A stretch of DNA of 64,000 nt from NCBI GenBank assembly GCA_035529595.1, contig DATKWK010000035.1, positions 241,067 through 305,066 on the forward strand. Reading direction: 5' to 3'. Below are positions 1 to 8,766 of the stretch, one piece after another. This stretch comes from Candidatus Bathyarchaeia archaeon. GTDB taxonomy: Bacteria > Patescibacteriota > Microgenomatia > PFEM01 > JAFGMK01. Position 1 is the stretch's first letter, and every line of letters begins with the position of its first letter. The notes beneath the pieces were generated by a model, which was given only the letters and a program-made list of their open reading frames with translations, was not told where the DNA came from and ran no database searches. The position numbers and the translations under genes are program-made.

Positions 1-356
1 TGCAACCAGTCAAGATAACCGCCGTAACCGGTATAGTCGGTCACCACGGAAACCGCCGCCGGAAAGCCGGCTCTGGCAAGGATCGGAGCCGCAATTTCAT
101 ATTGGCTGAGCCAGCCGTCATCAAACCAAATAGTTACCAAACCGCTTTCAATTTGAGATAACGGTTTAATTTCCGGCTGAGAAACCAGATAGTTTTCAGA
201 AAACGACGATAACGCTGGCCGGGCCGGGTTCCTCGGTCGCCAGCCGGTCTCTCGTCTAAAACTGACCAGATAATTGCCGCTGACCCAAATAAAAAAAAAC
301 GGAAAAACCGTCCAGAGAAACAGCGACGACCGGGTTTTTTTAAGCCTTTCTTTCAT
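1..356 (-). CDS. Polysaccharide deacetylase (CE4/NodB family), N-terminal fragment only. The gene runs off the window start. It is not in the ORF track because no stop lies inside the window.
   Basis: Minus-strand translation from the ATG at 354-356 gives MKERLKKTRSSLFLWTVFPFFFIWVSGNYLVSFRRETGW...GLVTIWFDDGWLSQYEIAAPILARAGFPAAVSVVTDYTGYGGYLDWL. It has an N-terminal TM helix and then the NodB motif-1 (TFDDG-like: IWFDDGW). The start codon lies 2 nt after the stop of the upstream GT-C gene, which suggests translational coupling. Confidence 0.5.
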   Translation of the reverse strand, partial: MKERLKKTRSSLFLWTVFPFFFIWVSGNYLVSFRRETGWRPRNPARPALSSFSENYLVSQPEIKPLSQIESGLVTIWFDDGWLSQYEIAAPILARAGFPAAVSVVTDYTGYGGYLDWL

Positions 357-358
357 AA

Positions 359-1825
359 TTAAGTCCGCCGATAAAGATAAAAGTCACCGTCAGCATAAAC
401 TAAACGGTAATTATCGCCTAAGTTTTCCCAGATCTGGCGGTGGACCCGCTCAAAGATGCCGTTTTCGATTTTCCGGTTACTGGTCAGCTGGATGTAGTCA
501 AAGTAACCGTCAGCCGCTGCCTGGGCATAAGCCTGATCGCCGCTTTCCCCCTGGTATTCAAACCAGTCGAAGGTAGTATTATTGACCGGATTATTGTAAT
601 CGTAGGTTGCCAGAATTACCGGCGGACCGATTTCAATTAACAATTTATCGCCGGACTTAACCACCGAAGTTAAATAATTTAAGATCAGGCTGGAATCAAG
701 CCATAAGTAGTTATAACGATCGGCCGCTTGATAAGAAAAAGACACAAAAGCAATCAGAAAAACCGCCAGGCTAGCGGCAAAGAACGCTTTAATGACTTTG
801 GGTTTAATTTGCCAAATTAGCTCGCCAATTCCCAGGCCGGCAACCAGTGACAGGAAAGCAACACCAATAAAAGTGTGTTTATCCAAAGTCGACAAGCGCC
901 GGGTAACTAGATGAAACAAAAAAACTAGCAATCCGGCCGCGGTTAAAACCAGCCATTGACGGCTCTGTTTTTTCCAAAGCAAACCGATTGAGCCGACCAG
1001 CCACCAGAACCAGATACTGCCGCTATTTTGCCAGAACTCAAACAATATCCGGCTGAAGGCCATTCTTTCTCGGCTAATCTGGGAACCGGAATAAGAAACC
1101 TGCGCCGCCAAATTAGTTAACCCATACCAGCCAAAAAGGATTACCAAAGGCAGGAAAAAATATTTCCGCCAGAGATTGAAAAGATCGCCGCCAGATTTTT
1201 TGGCTTTGAACAAGGAATAAAGAAAAACAAAGGGCAAATAAATGGCGATGACCATTTTGGTCATAAAAGCCAGAAACAGTAAAATTGAAGCCAGAAAATA
1301 GGCTTTGGCTGGTTTTTCTTTTTTATCTTCGGCTGAAAGTAAAAAGGCTAAACCAAAAAAGAAAAAGCAGAAACTGGGCATATCGTAGGTAGCCAGGCGG
1401 CTGAGGTAAAGAGAAACCGGCGCAAAAGCCAAAATCGCGGCGGCGATCAAACCAGCCAAAAGCTGTTGATCGGATGAGCGTTTAGATAGCAGGCAGGCTA
1501 GCCAAAAAATGGCCGCTATAGTTAATAATCCAAAAATGACATTTAAAAAGCGGGAACCGACAATTCCGCCAAACGAATAAGCAATTGCCGTCATCACCGG
1601 ATAAACGTACGGGCTGCCGGCCATCCAGGTTTTGGCGCCGTAACTCCACCAGTCGGAATCAAACAGGCCCATTTTACCGACAACGACATAAATCGCCTCA
1701 TCGGTAAAAGGCACGTTGTAATTAAGATTGCTGATTCTCAAGAGCAGGGCGGCGGCAAAAACCGCGACGGTAATCACCGCCAGCAGATGCTTTTTGAGCC
1801 AAAAAAAGACTACGGCCAGTTTCAT
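359..1825 (-). CDS. GT-C fold glycosyltransferase, PMT/ArnT-like (family 39-like), polytopic membrane protein
   Basis: 488 aa with many TM helices. The N-terminal loop carries the DE motif typical of GT-C enzymes (FTDEAIYVVVG). Confidence 0.6.
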   Translation of the reverse strand: MKLAVVFFWLKKHLLAVITVAVFAAALLLRISNLNYNVPFTDEAIYVVVGKMGLFDSDWWSYGAKTWMAGSPYVYPVMTAIAYSFGGIVGSRFLNVIFGLLTIAAIFWLACLLSKRSSDQQLLAGLIAAAILAFAPVSLYLSRLATYDMPSFCFFFFGLAFLLSAEDKKEKPAKAYFLASILLFLAFMTKMVIAIYLPFVFLYSLFKAKKSGGDLFNLWRKYFFLPLVILFGWYGLTNLAAQVSYSGSQISRERMAFSRILFEFWQNSGSIWFWWLVGSIGLLWKKQSRQWLVLTAAGLLVFLFHLVTRRLSTLDKHTFIGVAFLSLVAGLGIGELIWQIKPKVIKAFFAASLAVFLIAFVSFSYQAADRYNYLWLDSSLILNYLTSVVKSGDKLLIEIGPPVILATYDYNNPVNNTTFDWFEYQGESGDQAYAQAAADGYFDYIQLTSNRKIENGIFERVHRQIWENLGDNYRLVYADGDFYLYRRT

Positions 1826-1961
1826 CTTAGATTTAAAATAAAAATAAAGAAGACTTTATTGTTTAAACCGACTGATATTCCTAAGCAATAATCTGATTCC
1901 AGTCAGCCGGTAAAGACCTGATTTTATAAAAAAAGTTATCAGGCTGTCAAGAGGTAAAAAA

Positions 1962-2147
1962 TTAGTCGGTGGACTCTTTCTGAGTCAGATGGTTGGTCTT
2001 TTTTATCTGTCTTTTAGTGATCTGGGTCACCTGGTGGTCAACCACGTAAATCTCCAGGCTGCCGTAGTCAAGATTTTTAAGGCTGTCAATGATTTCTTCC
2101 AATAAATGATGGGAAATGGATTTGGTTGAATACAAAGGTGTCGCCAT
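1962..2147 (-). CDS. Small DUF2292/YezD-like protein
   Basis: An internal Met (MATPLYST...) is preceded by GGAGGT 4 nt upstream (revcomp of acctcc at 2151-2156). The core GSLEIYVVDHQVTQITKRQIKK resembles the YezD family, so the 86-aa track ORF probably starts at 2147. Confidence 0.4.
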   Translation of the reverse strand: MATPLYSTKSISHHLLEEIIDSLKNLDYGSLEIYVVDHQVTQITKRQIKKTNHLTQKESTD

Positions 2148-2272
2148 ATTACCTCCGCTCCGGGCAAGCATTTTTGAAAAAAATAAACGGGGCAGTTTAG
2201 GCAGAAATATATAAGGTGTCAAAGAGTATAAGTTAAAAAAGACTCTTTTGTCAAGAGGCAGGCGGTAAAAAT

Positions 2273-2956
2273 TTATTTCAGCAGACCGGACAAGCGGGCA
2301 AAGAAACGGGCCAATCTTTCCTGAAAAATTTTCCAGAGAGAAGCAGGCGGATTGATCATTTCCGGTTCCGGGGTAATTGACGGCCGGGCAACCGGCGTCG
2401 CCGAAGGATAAATCCGGGGCGCGGCTGAAGTGGCAACCGACGGAGACGGACTCTTTTGCTGGCCGCAGCCGCAGCCGCTTTCCTGGCCGGTAACACTTTT
2501 GGCTTCGGAGGTGACCGAAACTGAACCGCTGCTCTGGCCGACGGTAATATTTTCCTGGCCGGCCCAGGAAAAACCCCGGCCGCTTTTAATCTTAATATCC
2601 AGGTAATAAATTCCGGGCTGGCCGGGGGCAGTTAAGGAAAGGGTGTAATAGTAAGGACCGGAACCGGACTGGTTTAAGGTGAATTGGTTGATGGTTTTTT
2701 TAGCGCTATCCAGGAGCCGCAAGGTTTTTTCCTGATCACCGCTGCCGTCTGCTTCCAGACGGAGATAGATTGACTGACCGGGCGCGAACTGAGAAGTCGC
2801 CTGAGTATAGCCCGGATCGGCAAAAACGATGGCTTCTTTGCTGTCAATCTCTTGCTCTAATTCTTCCGGAAAATCTTCCCAGAAATCAGTTGCCCGGACC
2901 GGCAAAAAACCGGCCAGAGAAAGAAAACAAATCAAGAGAAGCAAGTTTTTTTTCAT
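2273..2956 (-). CDS. Secreted hypothetical protein (signal peptide, Gly/Ser/Pro-rich C-terminal half)
   Basis: N-terminal MKKNLLLLICFLSLAGFLPVRA signal peptide. No recognisable catalytic motifs. Confidence 0.4.
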   Translation of the reverse strand: MKKNLLLLICFLSLAGFLPVRATDFWEDFPEELEQEIDSKEAIVFADPGYTQATSQFAPGQSIYLRLEADGSGDQEKTLRLLDSAKKTINQFTLNQSGSGPYYYTLSLTAPGQPGIYYLDIKIKSGRGFSWAGQENITVGQSSGSVSVTSEAKSVTGQESGCGCGQQKSPSPSVATSAAPRIYPSATPVARPSITPEPEMINPPASLWKIFQERLARFFARLSGLLK

Positions 2957-2960
2957 TTTT

Positions 2961-4358
2961 TCAGTCGGCAGAAACGGCCCCTAAAGCATTTACCAGCCCC
3001 GCTCCGACCAAAAGCGGATCAGGGACAAGCCAGTCGGCGCTGCCCGTCAACACCTGCCTGATTTCAGCCGGCGTCTGGCCGGGAAACAAACTCAAACGGA
3101 GAGCTACTACCCCGGCGGTGTGCGGCGCGCTCATTGACGTCCCGGAGAGGGTTTTATAACCAGCTTTAAGATAAGTTGAATTGATAGCAACTCCGGGCGC
3201 GGCCAAAGCAATCTCCGAACCGCGGCTTGACCAGGAAGGAACCGCGTTATTGATATCCGTGGCCGCCACGGCGATTACCTGGGGATAACGGGCCGGATAG
3301 TTAACGGTATTAGTTCCGGGACCGGAATTACCGGCGGCCGCCACTTGAACAATCCCCGCTTGAGAAACGCGTTCAACCGCTTCGCGGAAGGAAGTGACAT
3401 CGCTGGTGGTACCCAGACTTAAGTTGACTACCTGCAGATGGTTAGCCACCGCCCAGTCTAAAGCTTCAATCACATCAGAAAGGTAGCCCTGCCCCTGCCT
3501 GTTAAGCACCTTCAGGGCATAAATTTTGGCCTGCGGCGCCACGCCAACGACGCCTGAAGAATTGTCTTCAGCGGCAATGATGCCGGCCACATGGGTACCA
3601 TGGCCATTATCATCTTCACAATTACGCCACGAATAAATGAAATTAACACAGCCCGCCAAATTACCGTCAAGATCAGGATGATCGCGGTCAATGCCGGTAT
3701 CAATGATACCGACCTTAACCCCCGATCCGGTCGAGAGTTCCCAAGCTGGCTGGCTCTTGATCCGCTCTACGCCCCAAGGCAAAGGCTGGCTACCGGAAAC
3801 CGGCGTCGGCGTCGGCGTGGCCGGAAACGGAGTCGAAGTCGGCAGCGGCGTAGCGGTAGGCGTGACTACCGGTGAAGGACTGGGAGTTGACGTCGGACTG
3901 GCAGGGGGCCGAGTTGGCGTCGGCGTCAGGGTGATTGCCGGGGTCGGAGTTGCAGTCGGTGAACACCAGGGCAGCCAGGGATAACGGGCACAACGGTCAT
4001 TTCTTGCCAGGGCATAAACGCGGACATCGGGATCTATCCTGAGAATACGCCGGTCCTTTTTAAGAAGATCTATCTGTTGATCCGACAGTCGGGACACGCG
4101 GGCGTTTATCAACCTCAAATTTTTAAGAGATTCAACACCGGACCGAGCCAGAATCTCCGCCTGGTCAGAAAGGGCAACTTCCTGACGAAAAACAACAATC
4201 AGTCTTTCTTTTGGCGGAAAAATCCCGGCGGCTTTTTTCGGGAAAAAAACAAAAAGAAACAGACCGACTAACAAGACAAACATGGAAAAAATATTTCTTT
4301 TACTTTTCTGTCTATTCATCGATAAGGTACCCAACTTAATTAACCGGCTCGGCTTCAA
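2961..4358 (-). CDS. Subtilisin-like serine protease (peptidase S8) with N-terminal propeptide-like region and a Pro/Thr-rich linker
   Basis: Catalytic triad motifs VGIIDTGID (Asp), HGTHVAGIIAA (His) and GTSMSAPHTAGVVAL (Ser). A more likely start is the internal Met at about 4319 (MNRQKSKRNIFSMFVLLVGLF, a signal-peptide-like segment), which removes the overlap with the next gene. Confidence 0.85.
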   Translation of the reverse strand: MKPSRLIKLGTLSMNRQKSKRNIFSMFVLLVGLFLFVFFPKKAAGIFPPKERLIVVFRQEVALSDQAEILARSGVESLKNLRLINARVSRLSDQQIDLLKKDRRILRIDPDVRVYALARNDRCARYPWLPWCSPTATPTPAITLTPTPTRPPASPTSTPSPSPVVTPTATPLPTSTPFPATPTPTPVSGSQPLPWGVERIKSQPAWELSTGSGVKVGIIDTGIDRDHPDLDGNLAGCVNFIYSWRNCEDDNGHGTHVAGIIAAEDNSSGVVGVAPQAKIYALKVLNRQGQGYLSDVIEALDWAVANHLQVVNLSLGTTSDVTSFREAVERVSQAGIVQVAAAGNSGPGTNTVNYPARYPQVIAVAATDINNAVPSWSSRGSEIALAAPGVAINSTYLKAGYKTLSGTSMSAPHTAGVVALRLSLFPGQTPAEIRQVLTGSADWLVPDPLLVGAGLVNALGAVSAD

Positions 4359-4956
4359 TTACCAGCAATCGCACTGCCATGCCCGGGGGATAGCCGGAAA
4401 CAAGCACCAATTTTTTCTCCTCGCCCGGATCAAAGAAATCAAGATAAGTGGGCGGAGCGAAACTTTTTTTGGCCACCTGGTAAACATAACCGCGGTCATG
4501 GTAATAAATCACAATTTCATCACCGACGGCCAGTTTATTGACCAGGTAAAAGTCCGGATGAAGACGGTCGGTATTAAAAAAACTGTTCAAAGGATGACCG
4601 ACAATCAGAACCGCCCCGAAATCTCCCGGCAAAGCTGACGACTTAACATGGGCTAAACCGCGCCGGAGACCGGCTTTTAATTTAACCGGATCGTAAAATT
4701 CAACCTCCTCAACAACTTTCTCATTTAAACCCAGCTTGGTGATAATCAAGCCGAATTCGGTTGAAGCCGGATCCAGGAAACTGGCTTCCTGGTCGATATC
4801 ACCCCGGCCCTTTATCGAATAAACCAGCCCCGAGCCGGAAATCGACTTGTACTTGACCAGACTGACAAAGTAATAAGGAGCAGACAGAAAGAGATAGCCG
4901 CCGGCAAATAGGAGAATCAGTACCAAAACAAGAAATTTCGGTCTAAGCAGTTTCAT
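4336..4956 (-). CDS. Sortase-fold protein (membrane-anchored) that lacks the catalytic cysteine
   Basis: N-terminal TM helix. Sortase-like blocks: LRRGLAHVKSSALPGDFGAVLIVGHP (His block), FYLVNKLAVGDEIVIYYHDRGYVYQV, then KLVLVSGYPPG where sortases have LTLITC (Cys replaced by Gly). The Arg is retained in MAVRLLV. Confidence 0.55.
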   Translation of the reverse strand: MKLLRPKFLVLVLILLFAGGYLFLSAPYYFVSLVKYKSISGSGLVYSIKGRGDIDQEASFLDPASTEFGLIITKLGLNEKVVEEVEFYDPVKLKAGLRRGLAHVKSSALPGDFGAVLIVGHPLNSFFNTDRLHPDFYLVNKLAVGDEIVIYYHDRGYVYQVAKKSFAPPTYLDFFDPGEEKKLVLVSGYPPGMAVRLLVIEAEPVN

Positions 4957-4985
4957 TCTTAAATCAATTATAACAAATTATTTTA

Positions 4986-5396
4986 TTAAACCAAGTCCAG
5001 CTTTTGCGCCCAACTCCTGATACCTTCCGGCGCCTTGGGTAAAACTACCGCCGCCATCACCACTCCGGCCAATAAACCGCCGGTGTCAATGACCAAATCT
5101 TTAATCTGGAAAGCGCGAGTGGGGACAAAACGCTGATGAAGCTCATCGGAGAGAGCATACAGAAAACCGACAACCACTGCCCCGGAATACCTTTTTAACC
5201 GGGATAGCGGCTTCAACGGCCTCAGCCAAAGCAGAGCAAAAATGGCATAAAAAATACCGTGCAGGCAACTCCGGAAAATTTCATCCCAATAAGGATTGGT
5301 ACTGGCTCTCAGATTGGGAACTGAGGAAAGATAAAAAATAACCGCCGCCCAGACAAGGACGGGCAGCCAGCAGGAAACGAACTTTTCAAACCTCAT
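4986..5396 (-). CDS. VanZ-like family membrane protein
   Basis: Four TM segments and the VanZ-type motif SDELHQRFVPTRAFQIKDLVIDTGG. Confidence 0.55.
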   Translation of the reverse strand: MRFEKFVSCWLPVLVWAAVIFYLSSVPNLRASTNPYWDEIFRSCLHGIFYAIFALLWLRPLKPLSRLKRYSGAVVVGFLYALSDELHQRFVPTRAFQIKDLVIDTGGLLAGVVMAAVVLPKAPEGIRSWAQKLDLV

Positions 5397-5438
5397 GGGT
5401 TGATTATAGCAAAAACCAGCCCGGCAAGAACAGATCGA

Positions 5439-6569
5439 TTATTTCAGGTTACTGGCCGAATTTCTTTTCAAAAACACCAGGGCGACCGCCAGGAAGACCA
5501 GTCCCCCGCCGATAAAAAAGAACGGCAGAAAATCCCTTTTTTTAGCGCTGCTGCCAAGAACCTCTCCCTCTGCCTCTTTCTCTTTGTCTTCGGAATCAGT
5601 CTTGATTTCAGAAGAAAGAGTCGCCTCCTCGGTCGCCTCCCCGGTCAGCTCTTCGACAGGCGTTGGTGAAGGCGGAGGTGAAGGCAGAGGCGGTGCAGTC
5701 GTAGATGTCGGCGCCAAAGCAGTCAGCACCGGAATGTCTTCCAAGAATTGGCCGGCATTTAGAGTGATTGTTATTTGCCAATCCTGGTAACCTGATTTGG
5801 TTAATTTGACGGCGTGCTGTCCGAAGCCGCAGGCAACCTGCTTGTCATCGTCGCAATAGCGCCCGTTACCAAAGGTCAGATCCTCGGAAGCGTAGTGGTG
5901 GGTATACTGGTTGTCAACATAAATCATTACACTGGAAAGCGCTAGGCCGTTTCCGTCCTTGGCCTCGTTAATCCGGTAGGTAGCAGTGACACCGCTTGGC
6001 GTCGGGGTTGGTGTCAAAGTGGGCGGAGGAGTGGGCGAGGGTGTTGGCGAATATACAAGGCATTGAGAATTGTCAGCTTTAGTATCGGTACTTTTTCTAA
6101 CCCAATTTCCCGAACCTTCCGGTTCGCGAACACCATATTGACCGCTTTCTAATTCAGGCAGGTCAATATCTTTCCCTCCGCAGGCTGGGCCTTCCTTATA
6201 AGCAACACAATCAACGACTACCCCGTCTTTTTTTAACTTAATCTGATCTCCTCCATTATTAAGCCTGTTTGACCAGTCAACTGCCAAAAAACCGCCGGCG
6301 AGTAAAAGACAAGCAGAAAATTGTTTCACGCCGTCAATACTGTCAACAAGTATATATTCCGATAAATTTACCGCTTCGGTTGACGAATTATAGACCTCAA
6401 CCCAATCGTCAGATGTAGTCGCGCTAAACTCATTAAGAATTATCTGGGCTGATACCTGACCGGTTGAAAATATCAGAAACAGGAAGAGCAGCAAAAACAG
6501 TTTCAGTAGGTGATAAACTGAATTTATCCTAAAGTAAGATTGTTTCTGCCGTCTTCTTAAAGTAAACAT
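5439..6569 (-). CDS. Cell-surface protein with a lamin-tail domain (LTD), Pro/Thr-rich linkers, an acidic region and a C-terminal TM anchor with a basic tail
   Basis: ILNEFSATTSDDWVEVYNSSTEAVNLSEYIL matches the LTD pattern (INE...DW.EL.N.....V.L.G..L). Two PT-rich linkers (TPSPTPPPTLTPTPTP and LPSPPPSPTP). C-terminus FLPFFFIGGGLVFLAVALVFLKRNSASNLK. Confidence 0.5.
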   Translation of the reverse strand: MFTLRRRQKQSYFRINSVYHLLKLFLLLFLFLIFSTGQVSAQIILNEFSATTSDDWVEVYNSSTEAVNLSEYILVDSIDGVKQFSACLLLAGGFLAVDWSNRLNNGGDQIKLKKDGVVVDCVAYKEGPACGGKDIDLPELESGQYGVREPEGSGNWVRKSTDTKADNSQCLVYSPTPSPTPPPTLTPTPTPSGVTATYRINEAKDGNGLALSSVMIYVDNQYTHHYASEDLTFGNGRYCDDDKQVACGFGQHAVKLTKSGYQDWQITITLNAGQFLEDIPVLTALAPTSTTAPPLPSPPPSPTPVEELTGEATEEATLSSEIKTDSEDKEKEAEGEVLGSSAKKRDFLPFFFIGGGLVFLAVALVFLKRNSASNLK

Positions 6570-6620
6570 AATGGCTCATCGCAGGAGTGATTCCGCTCAT
6601 CTTCAACATATAATTAGTTT

Positions 6621-6680
6621 CACCTCGGAGGAGTCAAGGTCGTTGCCTTGACACCATCCGAGGTGTATCCAGGTTTTTTT
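6621..6680 (+). terminator. Nested stem-loop followed by a T7 run. It is oriented as an intrinsic terminator for plus-strand transcription, although both flanking genes are on the minus strand.
   Basis: Outer stem cacctcgga (6621-6629) pairs with tccgaggtg (6657-6665). Inner stem gtcaagg (6633-6639) pairs with ccttgac (6646-6652) around a 6-nt loop. The stem-loop is followed by tatccagg and ttttttt (6674-6680). Confidence 0.4.
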
Positions 6681-7878
6681 AATAATTAACGTGCAGGTAA
6701 TAGGAATTAAAATCCGAGTCTTCATGGTCAACTTTCACATAGCGCAGAGTTCCTCCGCCGCAATCAATGCTACAGCGGTAAAGAAGCCCCTTTTTCACTG
6801 CCTTGACCGTCAAATCTTCGGCATTGATGTCAATACCGGTATGAACGGGATACCAGACGACATGTGACCGGATGGCGCTGGTATTTTCGCCAAAACCCTG
6901 GGTTAATTTGATCGGCTCATTAAGCGGCCACTGCCAACTGCCGGTGGCCGCGTGGGGATCGCCGTCGGAAGCATCGATCAAAGTAATGCTTTTAAGATAG
7001 ACAAAAGGATTTCTGACCTGGTCGCCTTCCCGGACTTCAAAATGCAGATGCGTACCCAGAGAACAGGCCGAGGCGCCGGCGATAATGGCGGCGATTCTCT
7101 CACCCTCGTTCACCGGTCCGGCTTCCCCGCATTCGCCTTCGCCGGCCACAATTTTAACAATCGCTTCAATTTCCGCCCGGGTTACCTGCAACAGCTGCTC
7201 ATAATGGGCCTTATTGCCCCGGGTTTCGGCCAGAAACCTCTCTTTATCAGCCTTTTGCCCGGCCAAACGGACTTTCTGCTCTTCCAGCTTTACTTTAACT
7301 TCCTCCAACTGCTGCTGCTTTTCCTCTTTAAGTTTTTTCTGTTGCTCGTAACTTAAACGGGCCGATTCCATTTGGAAAAGCAGTTTCTTATCGTGAAGCT
7401 GGATGGCGCGGAAATATTCAAAACGGGAGGCAAACCGGGAAAAGCGGTCAGACGAGAAAAGCAAAAGGAACGAATCGAACCGGCCTTTTTTATAAGTTTG
7501 TTCGATTCTTTTAACCAGCAGGGCAGAAATCCGGTCCAGGGAAAGATCCAGCAGTTTCACTTTCTCCCCTAAGTCAGCGACCTCTCTTTCCAAAACTTTA
7601 ATTTCGTTTTCCGTTTGAATGATATTTTTGGCCGCCAGAGCAATTTTTTGGTCAAAAGCGATTACCTGAGACTCAAGCGACTTAGCCTGAACCTCCTGCT
7701 TGCCGATCAATTCATTAAAAATCTGCTCGCATTCCTGCAATTCCTGGCCGTTTAAGGACTCTTTACCGACCCGGTCTACACACTCCGCCTGGCTGATCGC
7801 CCAAGACTGGCGGCTGTTGGAAAAAAAGAGACTAAGAAAGAGGGCAATAAGAAAGATCTTTTTAAGCAGTTTACCCAT
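6679..7878 (-). CDS. FtsEX-associated EnvC-like protein: signal peptide or anchor, long coiled coil, C-terminal peptidase M23 (LytM) domain with motifs in permuted order
   Basis: The M23 C-terminal block (IAAIIAGASACSLGTHLHFEV, the SxGxH/HxH type) comes before the M23 N-terminal block (YPVHTGIDI ... GTLRYVKVDHEDSDFNSYYLHV, the HxxxD type). The protein ends right after the latter. The preferred start is ATG 7876-7878 (MGKLLKKIFLIALFLSLFFS), 8 nt after the ftsX stop. The track ORF extends to 8070 but would then overlap ftsX by 184 nt. Confidence 0.65.
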   Translation of the reverse strand: MGKLLKKIFLIALFLSLFFSNSRQSWAISQAECVDRVGKESLNGQELQECEQIFNELIGKQEVQAKSLESQVIAFDQKIALAAKNIIQTENEIKVLEREVADLGEKVKLLDLSLDRISALLVKRIEQTYKKGRFDSFLLLFSSDRFSRFASRFEYFRAIQLHDKKLLFQMESARLSYEQQKKLKEEKQQQLEEVKVKLEEQKVRLAGQKADKERFLAETRGNKAHYEQLLQVTRAEIEAIVKIVAGEGECGEAGPVNEGERIAAIIAGASACSLGTHLHFEVREGDQVRNPFVYLKSITLIDASDGDPHAATGSWQWPLNEPIKLTQGFGENTSAIRSHVVWYPVHTGIDINAEDLTVKAVKKGLLYRCSIDCGGGTLRYVKVDHEDSDFNSYYLHVNY

Positions 7879-7886
7879 GAGTCGTC

Positions 7887-8756
7887 TTAACGCAAGTACC
7901 TTTTTACCGCCAGGAACGCTCCCAAACTCCCGATAATTATTCCCACCAGAGCTAAGCCGCCAAGCAAAACCAGCATTACTCCCAAGGAAACCGGTAAAAG
8001 AGGTATCCCTTCTAAATAGGTTTTCAGAGTCGGCGTGGCGTACCACAGCAAGCCGTAAACCAGAGCCCAAGACAATAACGCCCCGACAAGCCCGTAAAAA
8101 ATGCCCTCCACCAGGAACGGGCCGCGAATATAGGCGGCGGTGGCGCCAATCAGTTGGACGATTTTTATTTCCCGCCGGCGGCTGGCAGCTTTCATACTGA
8201 TAATGACTAAAATAACCAAAAAGGAAATCGAGATCAGAAAGGAAATTATAATCAGGCCGCCTTCTCTGATTCCGGTAGTTATTTTTTGCAGGATTTGAAC
8301 AACGTCTTCCTGAAAATTAACTTCTTCTACTTTGGAATCGGAACGCAGGATATCGGCAATTTCCCCCAGGAAACCAATTTCTTTGGCCGATACTTCCAGG
8401 GAGGCAGGCAAAATTTCCGCACTGACCATCTCCAAAAGCAGCGGGTCATCCCGGTTTTGGTCTTGGTAAATCTCGAGCGCCTGTTCTTTGGAAACATATT
8501 TGGCCGCCGCCGCTTTACCGGAAGCTAACAGCCTGAGCGTCAGCGCGTCTACCTCCTGTTTAGTAACGTCGTCTTTAAAAAAAGCAATTACTTGGGGTTT
8601 TTCTTCAAAGTAAGACAGGATCTTCTCCGAACCGGCGGCCAGGAGAACGAAAACAGCACTGATAAAAAGAGTCAGGGTCATAACCGCAATCGCGGCCAAT
8701 GCCTGATAAGGAGAGCGGCGGATATAATGCCAGCTGGTGCTTAAAATTTTTCTCAT
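7887..8756 (-). CDS. ftsX: Cell division ABC transporter permease FtsX
   Basis: 289 aa. N-terminal TM, a large extracytoplasmic loop, then three C-terminal TM helices. Located immediately downstream of ftsE. Confidence 0.8.
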   Translation of the reverse strand: MRKILSTSWHYIRRSPYQALAAIAVMTLTLFISAVFVLLAAGSEKILSYFEEKPQVIAFFKDDVTKQEVDALTLRLLASGKAAAAKYVSKEQALEIYQDQNRDDPLLLEMVSAEILPASLEVSAKEIGFLGEIADILRSDSKVEEVNFQEDVVQILQKITTGIREGGLIIISFLISISFLVILVIISMKAASRRREIKIVQLIGATAAYIRGPFLVEGIFYGLVGALLSWALVYGLLWYATPTLKTYLEGIPLLPVSLGVMLVLLGGLALVGIIIGSLGAFLAVKRYLR

Positions 8757-8766
8757 TTAACAATTT

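Noticed and set aside
274-640. Plus-strand ORFs 274..576 and 440..640
   Set aside because: They lie antisense within the minus-strand CE4 and GT-C coding region and have Arg/Pro-rich low-complexity translations. They are shadows of a GC-rich coding strand.
3512-3993. ORFs 3591..3875, 3691..3984, 3790..3993 and 3512..3703 inside the subtilase gene
   Set aside because: These are alternative-frame translations of the Pro/Thr-rich linker coding region (Arg-rich or Gly/Val-rich junk). The subtilase frame has clear catalytic motifs.
7878-8070. The longer annotated start of the EnvC-like ORF at 8070
   Set aside because: It would overlap ftsX by about 184 nt. The extra N-terminus has no signal-peptide character. 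ATG 7876-7878 gives a canonical signal peptide 8 nt after the ftsX stop.
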